From positions 7,642 to 71,641 of the forward strand of contig JBKHIY010000009.1 of assembly GCA_046538415.1 (NCBI GenBank): a stretch of 64,000 nt of DNA. The letters are read 5' to 3'. Below, piece after piece: positions 17,023 through 25,469 of the stretch. The notes beneath the pieces were generated by a model. That model searched no databases, was not told where the DNA came from, and saw only the letters and a program-made list of their open reading frames with translations. Origin of the DNA: Candidatus Brocadiia bacterium (GTDB taxonomy: Bacteria > Planctomycetota > PUPC01 > DSUN01). The stretch's first letter is position 1. Each line of letters starts with the position of its first letter. The position numbers and the translations under genes were made by a program.

Positions 17023-17804
17023 GCCGCCCGTGCCTCCGTGCGCTGGTCCAGTTCCGCGTAGAGGCTGGGTGCGATGTAGCTCTTCAGGCGGTCCTCGATG
17101 GCCCTGGGGTTCTCGCCGTTCTGGATGCACACCACCCCCTCGATGAGCAGCTCGGTGAGCAGGGCCTCGTCCTGGCTGGAGGCCTCGAGCTTTCCCGCCA
17201 GGGGGAGGAACACCAGATTGGCCATCACCGCTCCGTAGAAGGTGGTGATCAGGGCGGTGGCCATGCCCACGCCGATCTGGCTGGGGTCGCTGAGCTGGCG
17301 GAGCATCTGCACCAGCCCGATGAGCGTGCCGATCATCCCGAACGCGGGGGCCGAGGCGCCCATCGACTCCAGGATCTTCTTGCCCCGGGCATGGCGCTCG
17401 CGGCGGGCCTCGAGCTGGCTGGTCAGGATGTCCCGCACCGCCTCCGGCGAGGTGCCGTCGATGACCAGCTGGAGGCCCCGGCGGAGGAAGGGGTCGGCGT
17501 CGTCGCCCAGCCGTTCCTCCAGGGCCAGGATGCCGTCCCGGCGGGCGATACGGGCGTACTCCGTGATCTGGCGAATGGCGTCCACGGGGGACATGAGCTG
17601 GTTGAGGAAGCACTTCTTGGCGATGCGGAACACCCCCAGGACGTTGGCCAGGGGGAAGTTCATGAGGGTGGCGGCGATGGTGCCGCCCACGGTGATCATC
17701 AGGGAGGGGACGTTGAAGAAGATCCCGATCCCGCCGCCCAGGAAGATGGCGACGATCACGCAGGCGAAGCCGGATACCACGCCGACGAGGGTTGCGACAT
17801 CCAC
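17019..17804 (-). CDS. motA: MotA (stator A subunit)
   Basis: ORF 17019..17804, four TM segments, and PAFGMIGTLIGLVQML..ALITTFYGAVMANLVFLPLAGKL. Confidence 0.92.
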   Translation of the reverse strand: MDVATLVGVVSGFACVIVAIFLGGGIGIFFNVPSLMITVGGTIAATLMNFPLANVLGVFRIAKKCFLNQLMSPVDAIRQITEYARIARRDGILALEERLGDDADPFLRRGLQLVIDGTSPEAVRDILTSQLEARRERHARGKKILESMGASAPAFGMIGTLIGLVQMLRQLSDPSQIGVGMATALITTFYGAVMANLVFLPLAGKLEASSQDEALLTELLIEGVVCIQNGENPRAIEDRLKSYIAPSLYAELDQRTEARAA

Positions 17805-17814
17805 GGCAGGGGCC

Positions 17815-18066
17815 TCAGGTCGCTGGAGGTGCGGTGTCGCCGGGCGCGGCCGCGGGGCCGGCCAGGCCGAAGCTCAGGCCTCCCGGCTCGCGCAGGCGCC
17901 GGCGGTAGTCCAGGATGGCCTCCACCACCTCCTGGGGCCGGGTGCTGGAGACGATCTTGCGGCCCGTGGTGAGGGTGATCACGGTGTCGTGGGCCGCGGC
18001 CACGCTCTCCACGAGCTCGGCGTTGACCAGGATGCGGGAGCCGTTCAGAAGGCGGATGGGAATCAC
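17815..18066 (-). CDS. flbD: flagellar protein FlbD (SwrD-like)
   Basis: GTG 18066 (GTGA overlap with the upstream stop) inside ORF 17815..19905. It reads IPIRLLNGSRILVNAELVESVAAAHDTVITLTTGRKIVSSTRPQEVVEAILDYRR. Confidence 0.8.
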   Translation of the reverse strand: MIPIRLLNGSRILVNAELVESVAAAHDTVITLTTGRKIVSSTRPQEVVEAILDYRRRLREPGGLSFGLAGPAAAPGDTAPPAT

Positions 18067-18854
18067 GGCTTCTGCTCCTTGCTCTCCGCGTCGTCGCGGT
18101 AGCGGATGTGCGAGATGTCGGCCTTGAGGGCCAGCGCGGTCTCGGGGTCCATGGCATCGAAGACCATGGCGGCCTTCTTCTCCTGCATCTCGGCCAGCAC
18201 TTTGGCGGCGAGTCCCGGGGAGCCATTCTTGTGGAGAGCCTGGAGCTCCGCGGCGGCGGAGGTCGGCTCCTGGTCCTCGTAGATTCGGGCCAGCTTGACC
18301 AGCCGCCGCCGCTCCTGGCTCTCGGCCACCAGGGCTTCGGCCTCCAGGGCCTTGCGCTGGGCGACGAGCTGCTGCTGCCGCTCGGCCAGGGAGCCCATGA
18401 GCTGGTCCAGGCGGTCGCGGTCGCGCTGGAGGTCGCGCTGGAGGGCCTTGAGACGCTCCTCCTGGCGCTGGAGCTCCTGGCGGCGCCTCTCGTAGCGCTG
18501 GCGTGCTTGGCGAAGGTCGGTGATCAGGTCGCTGATCTGGGCCGCGGGCATGGGGTGGACGGCGGCCACGTTGGGCACCTCCTCGGGCTCCTGGTCGTGG
18601 GGCGCCTCGGGCTCGGGCACCAGGGCGCCGAGCAGGGGCACGTGGCGGATGCGGCACAGGGGCTCGCGGGCGAAGTGGCCGCCGGCGATCAGGGCGATGA
18701 GGGCGGAGAGGCACAGGGTGCCCAGGAACACGGCGAGGGCCCGCTTGACCAGCCAGGGGGAGAGGAGGCCCGCCCCTTGCTGGCCCTCGGTCGCCTGCTC
18801 GGCCTCGGCCGCCTCGCGGTCGGGGTGCTGCTCGTCGGTCTTCTCGTCGGGCAT
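18063..18854 (-). CDS. YlxF/MotE-family flagellar protein (MgtE_N-like domain)
   Basis: ORF 18063..18854. One TM segment, a coiled coil (QRQEERLKALQRDLQRDRDRLDQL), then LARIYEDQEPTSAAAELQAL..AAKVLAEMQEKKAAMVFDAM. Its position after fliJ matches Bacillus and spirochaete clusters. Confidence 0.65.
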   Translation of the reverse strand: MPDEKTDEQHPDREAAEAEQATEGQQGAGLLSPWLVKRALAVFLGTLCLSALIALIAGGHFAREPLCRIRHVPLLGALVPEPEAPHDQEPEEVPNVAAVHPMPAAQISDLITDLRQARQRYERRRQELQRQEERLKALQRDLQRDRDRLDQLMGSLAERQQQLVAQRKALEAEALVAESQERRRLVKLARIYEDQEPTSAAAELQALHKNGSPGLAAKVLAEMQEKKAAMVFDAMDPETALALKADISHIRYRDDAESKEQKP

Positions 18855-18881
18855 GGCGCGTCCTCCGGGACGTGTTCGCTA

Positions 18882-19361
18882 TCAGGCCGCGGGCCCCGGC
18901 CCGCCGCGGTCGCCTGGGCCGGGATAGTGGAAGCGTCGTGCCCCGGCCTCGTCGAGCTTGCGGGTGAGCTCCCTGGCCTCCACGCGGCGGTGTTCGTCGA
19001 GTCGCCGCTCGCGGAGCAGGGCGATGAGGCGATGGCGGGTGGCGGCCTCGCGCAGCTCTCGGCGGCGGCTGTGGTGCTGGGCGGCGGCCCGGTCGCGCTC
19101 CTGGCGCCGCTGGTCGAGGGCCTGTTCCATGCGCGCGAAGTAGTCCTGGTAGAGCGCCTCCTCGCGGGGCCTGGTGGCGCCCTGGCTTCGGCGGCGACGG
19201 TGCTCCTGGCGGGCCTCGCCCACCTGGCGCTCGAGATGCTCGAGCACGCCGGCCGCCCGCCGCCGTTCCTCGGCGGCCTGGGCCAGGCGCAGCTTGGCCT
19301 CGTCCTCGCGATGGGCGAGAAGCTTGAGGAGGCCGGCCAGGGGGAAGCGGAATCGTCGCAC
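18882..19361 (-). CDS. fliJ: flagellar export chaperone/stalk protein FliJ
   Basis: GTG 19361 lies 2 nt after the fliI stop, inside ORF 18882..20561. It reads RRFRFPLAGLLKLLAHREDEAKLRLAQAAEERRRAAGVLEHLERQ, a charged coiled coil. Confidence 0.7.
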   Translation of the reverse strand: MRRFRFPLAGLLKLLAHREDEAKLRLAQAAEERRRAAGVLEHLERQVGEARQEHRRRRSQGATRPREEALYQDYFARMEQALDQRRQERDRAAAQHHSRRRELREAATRHRLIALLRERRLDEHRRVEARELTRKLDEAGARRFHYPGPGDRGGPGPAA

Positions 19362-19363
19362 GC

Positions 19364-20734
19364 TCAGGCCCTCGAAATCTTCGTCGCCAGGCCGTCCACC
19401 AGGCGCTCCACGCTCCGGGCGTAGGGCGCCTTCTCGTCGAGCGGTTGGCGAAGGTACTCCTCGATCTCCCCCACCAGGGAGATGGCCAGGTCGAGCTGCG
19501 GGCTGGAGCCCCGGGTGTAGGCCCCCAGGCGAAGCAGCTCCTCGGAATTGCGATAGGTGGCGTAGAGCCGCCGCACGGCTCCCGCGGCCTCCATGTGCTG
19601 GGGCGAGACCACGTCGGGCATGCTGCGGCTGAGGCTCTGGAGGATGTCGATCGCAGGGTAGTGGTTGCGCACCACGAGGTCGCGGCTGAGCACGATGTGG
19701 CCGTCGAGCACGGAGCGGGCGGCGTCGGAGACCGGCTCGTCCAGGTCGTCGCCTTCCACCAGCACGGTGTAGATGCCGGTGATGGCGCCCCGCGGCGTGG
19801 TCCCCGCCCGCTCCACCAGGCGCGGGAGGGTGGCGAAGACCGAGGGGGTGTAGCCCCGCGTGGTGGGGGGCTCGCCGATGGACAGGCCCAGCTCCCGCTG
19901 GGCATAGGCGAAGCGGGTGATGGAGTCGAGGAACAGGACGACGTTGCGCCCCTGGTCGCGGAAGTGCTCGGCGATGGTGGTGGCCACGAAGGCGCCCTTG
20001 ATGCGGCGGAGGGCCAGGTCGTCCGAGGTCACGGCGACCACCACCGACTTCTTCAGGCCCTTCTCGCCCAGGTTCTTGTCCAGGAATTCCCGCACCTCGC
20101 GCCCCCGCTCCCCCACCAGGCCCACCACCACCACGTCGGCATCGCAGCAGCGCGCGATCTGGCCCACCAGCACGCTCTTGCCCACCCCGCTGCCCGAGAA
20201 CACGCCCACCCGCTGGCCACGGCCGAGGGACAGGAAGCCGTCGATGGCCCGCACCCCGGTGGCCAGGGGCTGGGCGATGCGGGGCCGGTGCATGGGAGGC
20301 GTCGGGGTGGCGAGGATGGGCCGGCGGCTGCGGCACCGCAGGGGGCCACGCCCGTCGGCGGGACGGCCCAGGCCGTCGAGCACCCGGCCCAGCAACTGAT
20401 CGCCCACGGGCACGCTCAGCGGCCGCCCCGTGGCCACCACCCGGCATCCCGGCCCGATCCCGCTCACCTCGTCCAGGGGCATCAGGAGCATGCGGTTGGA
20501 GCGGAAGCCGACCACCTCGGCGTCCACCGCGGGGGTCCCGTCCTCGGGGTGGATGCGGCACACCTCGCCCACCACGGCCGCCGGCCCCGCCGACTCGATC
20601 ACCAGGCCCGTCACCTGGCTCACCCGCCCCGTGCGTCGCACCGCCTCCACGCCGTCCACGGCCCGGGCCAGGTGGCCCAGGAGCTCCGGCGGCGCCGGCG
20701 CGCTCGGCGGTGGGAGGGCCTCAGTGCTCTCCAT
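19364..20734 (-). CDS. fliI: flagellum-specific ATPase FliI
   Basis: ORF 19364..20734. Walker A is GSGVGKS and Walker B is VVLFLDSITRFA. The fold looks F1-ATPase-like throughout. Confidence 0.95.
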   Translation of the reverse strand: MESTEALPPPSAPAPPELLGHLARAVDGVEAVRRTGRVSQVTGLVIESAGPAAVVGEVCRIHPEDGTPAVDAEVVGFRSNRMLLMPLDEVSGIGPGCRVVATGRPLSVPVGDQLLGRVLDGLGRPADGRGPLRCRSRRPILATPTPPMHRPRIAQPLATGVRAIDGFLSLGRGQRVGVFSGSGVGKSVLVGQIARCCDADVVVVGLVGERGREVREFLDKNLGEKGLKKSVVVAVTSDDLALRRIKGAFVATTIAEHFRDQGRNVVLFLDSITRFAYAQRELGLSIGEPPTTRGYTPSVFATLPRLVERAGTTPRGAITGIYTVLVEGDDLDEPVSDAARSVLDGHIVLSRDLVVRNHYPAIDILQSLSRSMPDVVSPQHMEAAGAVRRLYATYRNSEELLRLGAYTRGSSPQLDLAISLVGEIEEYLRQPLDEKAPYARSVERLVDGLATKISRA

Positions 20735-21389
20735 GGTCTGCTCCTGGGGGCGCCGGGGGCTGGGGCTCGCCGTCCGCGTGGTGGTCGTCGGCCGCCTCGC
20801 GGAGAGCGGCGGCCACGGCCTCCCACTGGGAGTCGATGGTGGCGTCGATGGCCCCGCAGTCGGTCTCGGCCACGCACCCGCCGGGCTGGATGGCGGGGTC
20901 GGCGGCGAGCTCGATGCCGGGCGGCCCGCCGCCGGCCTGGTCGATCGCCTCCTTGTCCCGGGGGTGGAGCCGGACGCGAAGCACGGCGGCGTCCTGGGCC
21001 TGGCGGATGGCCTCTGCGACCACCCGCTGGGCTACCTGGCGGGTGGCGGCGGCCTCGCCGCAGACGATTTTCCGGGCCACGGCCAGGGCCAGCTCGAGCA
21101 CGCCGTCGCCGGCCTCGGCCAGGAAGCGGCGCCGGGCCTCGCCCAGCTCTGCGGTGGCGGCGGCGAGCGCCTGGCGGGCGGCCTCCAGCTCCTTGCGGGC
21201 GGCCTGGCGGCCCTCGGCGACGCCTTCGCCGCGGCCCGCCTCGTAGCCCTCGGCCCGGCCCCGCTGGTAGGCCCGGCGCTCGATCTCCTTTTCCCTCGGC
21301 CCGCGGGCCTCCAGGCCTCCGCCGTTGGCCACGACCACGGGGCCGCCGGCGAGCACGGTGCTGGGCAAGATACTGGGCACCTGCCTCAT
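20721..21389 (-). CDS. fliH: flagellar assembly protein FliH
   Basis: ORF 20721..21389. EIERRAYQRGRAEGYEAGRGEGVAEG, then ...VRLHPRD...DPAIQPGGCVAETDCGAIDATIDSQWEAV. Confidence 0.85.
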   Translation of the reverse strand: MRQVPSILPSTVLAGGPVVVANGGGLEARGPREKEIERRAYQRGRAEGYEAGRGEGVAEGRQAARKELEAARQALAAATAELGEARRRFLAEAGDGVLELALAVARKIVCGEAAATRQVAQRVVAEAIRQAQDAAVLRVRLHPRDKEAIDQAGGGPPGIELAADPAIQPGGCVAETDCGAIDATIDSQWEAVAAALREAADDHHADGEPQPPAPPGADHGEH

Positions 21390-22387
21390 ACCATCTCCTT
21401 CTCGCCCTCTCGCTGGACGGTGGCCTTGCCTTCCTCGACGAGGCGGCTGGCGGCGTCGACCATCTGCTGCTGGGCGTCCTCGACCTCGGAGAGGGGCCGC
21501 GGCCCGAGCAGCTCCTGCTCCTCCCGGAGGGTCTCGGCGGCCCGGCTGGAGATGGCGTTGAAGATCGCCTCCTTGACCTCATCGCTGGCGGTCTTGAGGG
21601 CCAGGGCCACCACCCGGGTGTCCACCGCGCCCACCACGTCGCGCAGGGCGGTGGGCTCGAGCAGGGGCAGGTCGTCGAACAGGAACATCAGCTGGCGCAC
21701 CTGGTTGCCCAGGTCCTCGTCGCGGTCGCGCACGGCCCCCAGGGCGGCCTCTCGGGCGGTGCGGCTGGTGGCGGAGAGGACGTCGGCCACCAGCTTGAGC
21801 CGTCCCTTGGACGAAGCCAGGGGGTCGGCGGCGGAGACCATGGCCTGTGCCCGCTCGCCGAGCACGCGTCCGATGCTCTCCAGCACCTCGGGCGTGGCGC
21901 CCTGCTCGGAGGCGACCATTCGCTCCACCACGTCGCCGGCCACGCTCTCGGGCAGGAGGGCGAGCACGCGGCCCGCCTTCTCGGCGCTCACCCGGGGCAG
22001 CACGATGGCGATGGTCTGGGGGTGCTCGCCGCCCAGGAGCTCTACCAGCTGCTCCGCCTCCAGGCGTTCGAGGGCGGCGAAGGGCTGGCCGCTGCTGCCC
22101 CGCTGGCGGCCCTCCACCAGGGGGGCGGCCTGCTCCTCGCCCAGCGACTTCTCCAGCAGGGCGCGCACGCGGGTCTCGGGCTCGGCCACGGCGAGGCGGC
22201 CCGCCTGGCACATCTGCTCGAACTCCTCGAGCACGCTCTCTACGGTCTGGGGGTCGACGTAGTCGATTCCCATCATGGCGTCCACGAGCTCGTGGCGCTG
22301 CTCCTCGGAGAAGCGGGACAGAAGGTCGGCGGCGACCTCGGGCTCGAGGACGAGGAGGAGGGTGGCGACCTTCTGGCGTCCGTCCAC
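21386..22387 (-). CDS. fliG: flagellar motor switch protein FliG
   Basis: ORF 21386..22387, GTG start. QKVATLLLVLEPEVAADLL is present, as are the MFLFDDL and RPLSEVEDAQQQMV motifs. Confidence 0.93.
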   Translation of the reverse strand: MDGRQKVATLLLVLEPEVAADLLSRFSEEQRHELVDAMMGIDYVDPQTVESVLEEFEQMCQAGRLAVAEPETRVRALLEKSLGEEQAAPLVEGRQRGSSGQPFAALERLEAEQLVELLGGEHPQTIAIVLPRVSAEKAGRVLALLPESVAGDVVERMVASEQGATPEVLESIGRVLGERAQAMVSAADPLASSKGRLKLVADVLSATSRTAREAALGAVRDRDEDLGNQVRQLMFLFDDLPLLEPTALRDVVGAVDTRVVALALKTASDEVKEAIFNAISSRAAETLREEQELLGPRPLSEVEDAQQQMVDAASRLVEEGKATVQREGEKEMV

Positions 22388-22401
22388 GGTGTGTAGGGTC
22401 C

Positions 22402-24003
22402 TCAGGTGGGGGATCCGGCGCGGGCCTCGGAGGGGGCCTCGGCGCCCTTGTACCAGGCCTTGAGCAGTTCGGAAGCGGCGTCCGGGTCGCTATGGACGGC
22501 GGAGGCGACGCGCTCGTGGAGCGGGGCGCCCTGGGCGGCGCGCCGCTGCTGCTCGGCGGCCTGGGCCTCGCGGGCCTGGGCCTCCGCCGCCTCGCGGGCG
22601 GCGCGGGCCCTCCGCCGCATGGAGCGCACCACGAGGAGGAAAGCCACAATCACCACGGCAGTGCTGCCATGCCTGGCCACGCGGAGGATGAATCCGCGCT
22701 GCCGCTCGCTGGCCACCTCCTCGTCCGTCACCGCCGGCGTGGGTTGGCTGAACTCCACGCAGTCCACGTTCACGATGTCGTTGCGGCTCTCGTCGTAGCC
22801 CACCGCTTGCTTGACCGCTTCGGTGAGCTTGGTCATCTCCTCCTGGGGCAGGGGCTGGAAGGTGCGCGCCTGCTCCCCGTCCTCCCCCTCTTCGGTGGTG
22901 TAGGTGCCGGCCACGAGCACGCTCACGGTCAGGCGGTCGAGGGTCACGCTGTTGTCCACCCGCACCACTTCGGTGCGGGGCACCTCGTATTCCATTTCCT
23001 CGCTGGATTCGGTGCTGTTGCGGGGCTCGCCGCTGGCCCGCGTGGCGCCGCCTCGCCCGGGGAGGTTGCTGGCGCTGCCCGCGGGACCATCGGCGCCCTC
23101 GGAGCCGCCGGTGGTCTTGCTGGTGGTGCTGCTCTCGCGCTTGGCCACGCGGCCCTCCTCGTCGAACTGGAGGTCGCGGGTCTCCTCCTGCTTGAGCGTG
23201 ACATCGGCGCACACGCTCACGGAGGATCGCCCGGGGCCCAGAGAGGCGTCGAGCATGTCCTGGACCTTGCGGGTGAAATGCTTTTCAATCTCCCGCTGGG
23301 CGATGAGGTGTGCGGAGGCGGAGCCCAGGCCGCGGTCGCCCGCCTGGCGGGACAGGGGGTTGAGGTACTGGTCCGTGATGGTCACGTTCTCGGGCTTCAG
23401 GCCCTCCGTGCTGCGGGCCACGAAGGCGGCGATGGCCGCCACCTGGCCGGGGTCGAGCTGGCCCCCGTGGCGCAGCTTGAGGAGCACGGAGGCGGTGGCC
23501 GGCTGCTCCTGGTCCAGGAACACGCTGGGCTCGGGGGTGGTGAGGTGCACCCGCGCCCACTCCACCGGCTCGACGCAGCCGATGGTCCGGGCCAGCTCGC
23601 CCTGCACGGCCCGCAGGTACTTCTTGCGCTCGGCGAACTCGGTGAGGCCCAGGGAGCCCTTGTCCAGGATTTCGAAGCCGTCGCCGCCCGAGGGCACGCC
23701 CTCGCTGAGCAGCTTGCCCCGCGTGGCCTGCACGCGGTCGCTGGGCACCAGCACGGTGGTGCCGCCCTCCTCCAGGCGGTAGGACATCCCCTCGGCTTCG
23801 AGCTGGGAGACCACGGACGCGGCGTCCTTGCGGGACAGGCCGCTGTAGAGGAGTCCGTAGCTCTGGCGCCCGCCCCAGGACACGAGGGCCACCAGTGCGG
23901 CGGCGCTGCCCAGCCCCACCAGGAGGATGGAGACCTTCTGGTTGATGCCGAGCTGGCTCCAGATTCCAGCCAGTTGTCGCGGGGCGTTGGCCAGGCTTGC
24001 CAT
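22402..24003 (-). CDS. fliF: flagellar MS-ring protein FliF
   Basis: ORF 22402..24003. An N-terminal TM segment, then LYSGLSRKDAASVVSQLEAEGMSYRLEEGGTTVLVP. A second TM segment lies near the C-terminus. Confidence 0.93.
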   Translation of the reverse strand: MASLANAPRQLAGIWSQLGINQKVSILLVGLGSAAALVALVSWGGRQSYGLLYSGLSRKDAASVVSQLEAEGMSYRLEEGGTTVLVPSDRVQATRGKLLSEGVPSGGDGFEILDKGSLGLTEFAERKKYLRAVQGELARTIGCVEPVEWARVHLTTPEPSVFLDQEQPATASVLLKLRHGGQLDPGQVAAIAAFVARSTEGLKPENVTITDQYLNPLSRQAGDRGLGSASAHLIAQREIEKHFTRKVQDMLDASLGPGRSSVSVCADVTLKQEETRDLQFDEEGRVAKRESSTTSKTTGGSEGADGPAGSASNLPGRGGATRASGEPRNSTESSEEMEYEVPRTEVVRVDNSVTLDRLTVSVLVAGTYTTEEGEDGEQARTFQPLPQEEMTKLTEAVKQAVGYDESRNDIVNVDCVEFSQPTPAVTDEEVASERQRGFILRVARHGSTAVVIVAFLLVVRSMRRRARAAREAAEAQAREAQAAEQQRRAAQGAPLHERVASAVHSDPDAASELLKAWYKGAEAPSEARAGSPT

Positions 24004-24024
24004 CCCAGGTCACTCCGGGAGCGC

Positions 24025-24049
24025 CGGGCGGGCCGCGGGGGCCCGCCCG
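24025..24049 (-). other. 10-bp perfect-stem hairpin between fliE and fliF
   Basis: CGGGCGGGCC (24025-34) pairs with GGCCCGCCCG (24040-49) in the 55-nt intra-operon spacer. Confidence 0.4.
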
Positions 24050-24058
24050 GGGGCAGGG

Positions 24059-24370
24059 TCAGAGCTGCATGCGCATCACGTCGCGATAGGCGTCGACCAG
24101 CTTGTTTCGGGCTTCCATGAGGAACTTGAAGCTCAGCTCGGCCTTGCTCACGGCGATCATCATCTCGTGGAGGTTCTCGCCGTCGCCGGCGGCGAAGCGG
24201 GAGATGGCGTCGGCGGCCTCGTGCTGCATCGCGTCGACCTGCTCGACGAGGCCCCCCAGGGCGCCCTGGAAGCCGCCCTCGGGGCTCTTGGGCTGAGCGC
24301 GCTGGGGCGCGGATGCGCCAAGGCCTTCGATTCCCGGCGGCCGGTTCAGCGGTCCGATGGCATCGGGCAC
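24059..24370 (-). CDS. fliE: flagellar hook-basal body protein FliE
   Basis: ORF 24059..24370. HEMMIAVSKAELSFKFLMEARNKLVDAYRDVMRMQL. Confidence 0.9.
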   Translation of the reverse strand: MPDAIGPLNRPPGIEGLGASAPQRAQPKSPEGGFQGALGGLVEQVDAMQHEAADAISRFAAGDGENLHEMMIAVSKAELSFKFLMEARNKLVDAYRDVMRMQL

Positions 24371-24419
24371 GGTGGCGTCTCCCTCACGATGGCCTCATGG
24401 GCTCGGGCCCTCCCCCCCC

Positions 24420-24851
24420 TCAGCGTCCCAGGCGGAGGGTCTGGAGCATCATCTCCTTGAAGGTCTTGAGCACGGCCAGGTTGGCCTGGTAGGACCGAGA
24501 GGCGGTGATCATATCGACCATCTCCGTGACCGGCTCCACGTTGGGCATGAGCACCATGCCGTCCTCGTCCGCGTCGGGGTGCCCGGGGCGGAAGACGGTG
24601 CGGAAGGGAGCTGTGGAGCGGGCCACGCGGGCCACGCGCACGCCGCCGAGCCCGTCGTCCTGGCCGGTCGCCGCCTCGCGCTCGACGAGGCTCTGGAAGA
24701 CGACGTCGCGCTTGCAGTACGGCTCGCCCCCGGGGGTGCGGGTGACGTTGGCGTTGGCCAGATTGTTGGCGATCACCCGCATCCTCTGGCGCTCGGCCTC
24801 CAGGGCGCTGGCGCTGATGCGGAAGGGGCTGAACGTGCTTTCGAAGTCCAT
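24420..24851 (-). CDS. flgC: flagellar proximal rod protein FlgC
   Basis: ORF 24420..24851. RMRVIANNLANANVTRT ... MITASRSYQANLAVLKT. Confidence 0.93.
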   Translation of the reverse strand: MDFESTFSPFRISASALEAERQRMRVIANNLANANVTRTPGGEPYCKRDVVFQSLVEREAATGQDDGLGGVRVARVARSTAPFRTVFRPGHPDADEDGMVLMPNVEPVTEMVDMITASRSYQANLAVLKTFKEMMLQTLRLGR

Positions 24852-24887
24852 GGCCTTCTCCCTTGCCCGGGGGGGCCCGGGGCGGGT

Positions 24888-25256
24888 CTAGCTGGTGCGG
24901 CTGTCGCCGCTGATGGCGGCGCGGTAGGCCGCCAGTCGCGTGGAGAGGACTCGGGTGCAGGCGTTGTAGATCAGGGAGTTTTTCATCAGGTCGGCCAGTT
25001 CCTGCTCGGCGCTCACGTTGTTGCCGTCGGGCCTGCGGGGGGCGTCGGCGCTCTTCACCACCTGGGCGCCGGCGGCCTCCAGACGGCGGACGTCGCCGCT
25101 GCGCAGCGCCTCGGCCAGGTGGTCGCCGAAGCTCACCACGCGGCGCTGGTAGCCGGGGGTGTTGGCGTTGGCCAGGTTGTTGGCGATCACCTTGTGGCGA
25201 AGGGCCGCGGCGTCGAGCACCTTCCCTAGCAGCGTCACCTGCACGTCGTTGACCAT
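24888..25256 (-). CDS. flgB: flagellar proximal rod protein FlgB
   Basis: ORF 24888..25256. RHKVIANNLANANTPGYQRR ... MKNSLIYNACTRVLS. Confidence 0.92.
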   Translation of the reverse strand: MVNDVQVTLLGKVLDAAALRHKVIANNLANANTPGYQRRVVSFGDHLAEALRSGDVRRLEAAGAQVVKSADAPRRPDGNNVSAEQELADLMKNSLIYNACTRVLSTRLAAYRAAISGDSRTS

Positions 25257-25340
25257 CTCGTGTGCCCCCAGGCGCAGTTCGCGTCAGGATGCCGCGAATC
25301 GCACTCGCGGCCTGCCGCTCAGGGCGGCGAGGGAAAAAAT

Positions 25341-25356
25341 TGCAAATGCCATGCCG
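25341..25356 (-). promoter_or_regulatory. sigma-54 -24/-12 promoter motif upstream of flgB
   Basis: Minus strand reads cGGCAT-ggcat-TTGCA followed by a T-run, about 85 nt upstream of the flgB ATG. Confidence 0.65.
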
Positions 25357-25469
25357 TTTCTTTCCGCCGGTGCGAACGGGGGCCAGGAGGCGGCGGATGC
25401 CGCCACCCTCGCCCCTCCGCTGTGCTTCTCTCCGAGCCACGGGGCGGAAGGGGTTTCCCGGCCCCGCCG

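Noticed and set aside
19445-22396. Very long ORFs antisense to or overlapping real genes. Examples: 19445..22396 (983 aa), 45206..48835 (1209 aa), 57713..60211 (832 aa), 6500..8635 (711 aa), 1226..3298, 21847..24120, 25260..27533, 32390..34942.
   Set aside because: Their translations are dominated by R/P/G/A runs, with no domain signatures and no SD-linked starts. Each lies opposite a gene with clear family motifs. This is the expected artefact of stop-codon-poor GC-rich DNA.
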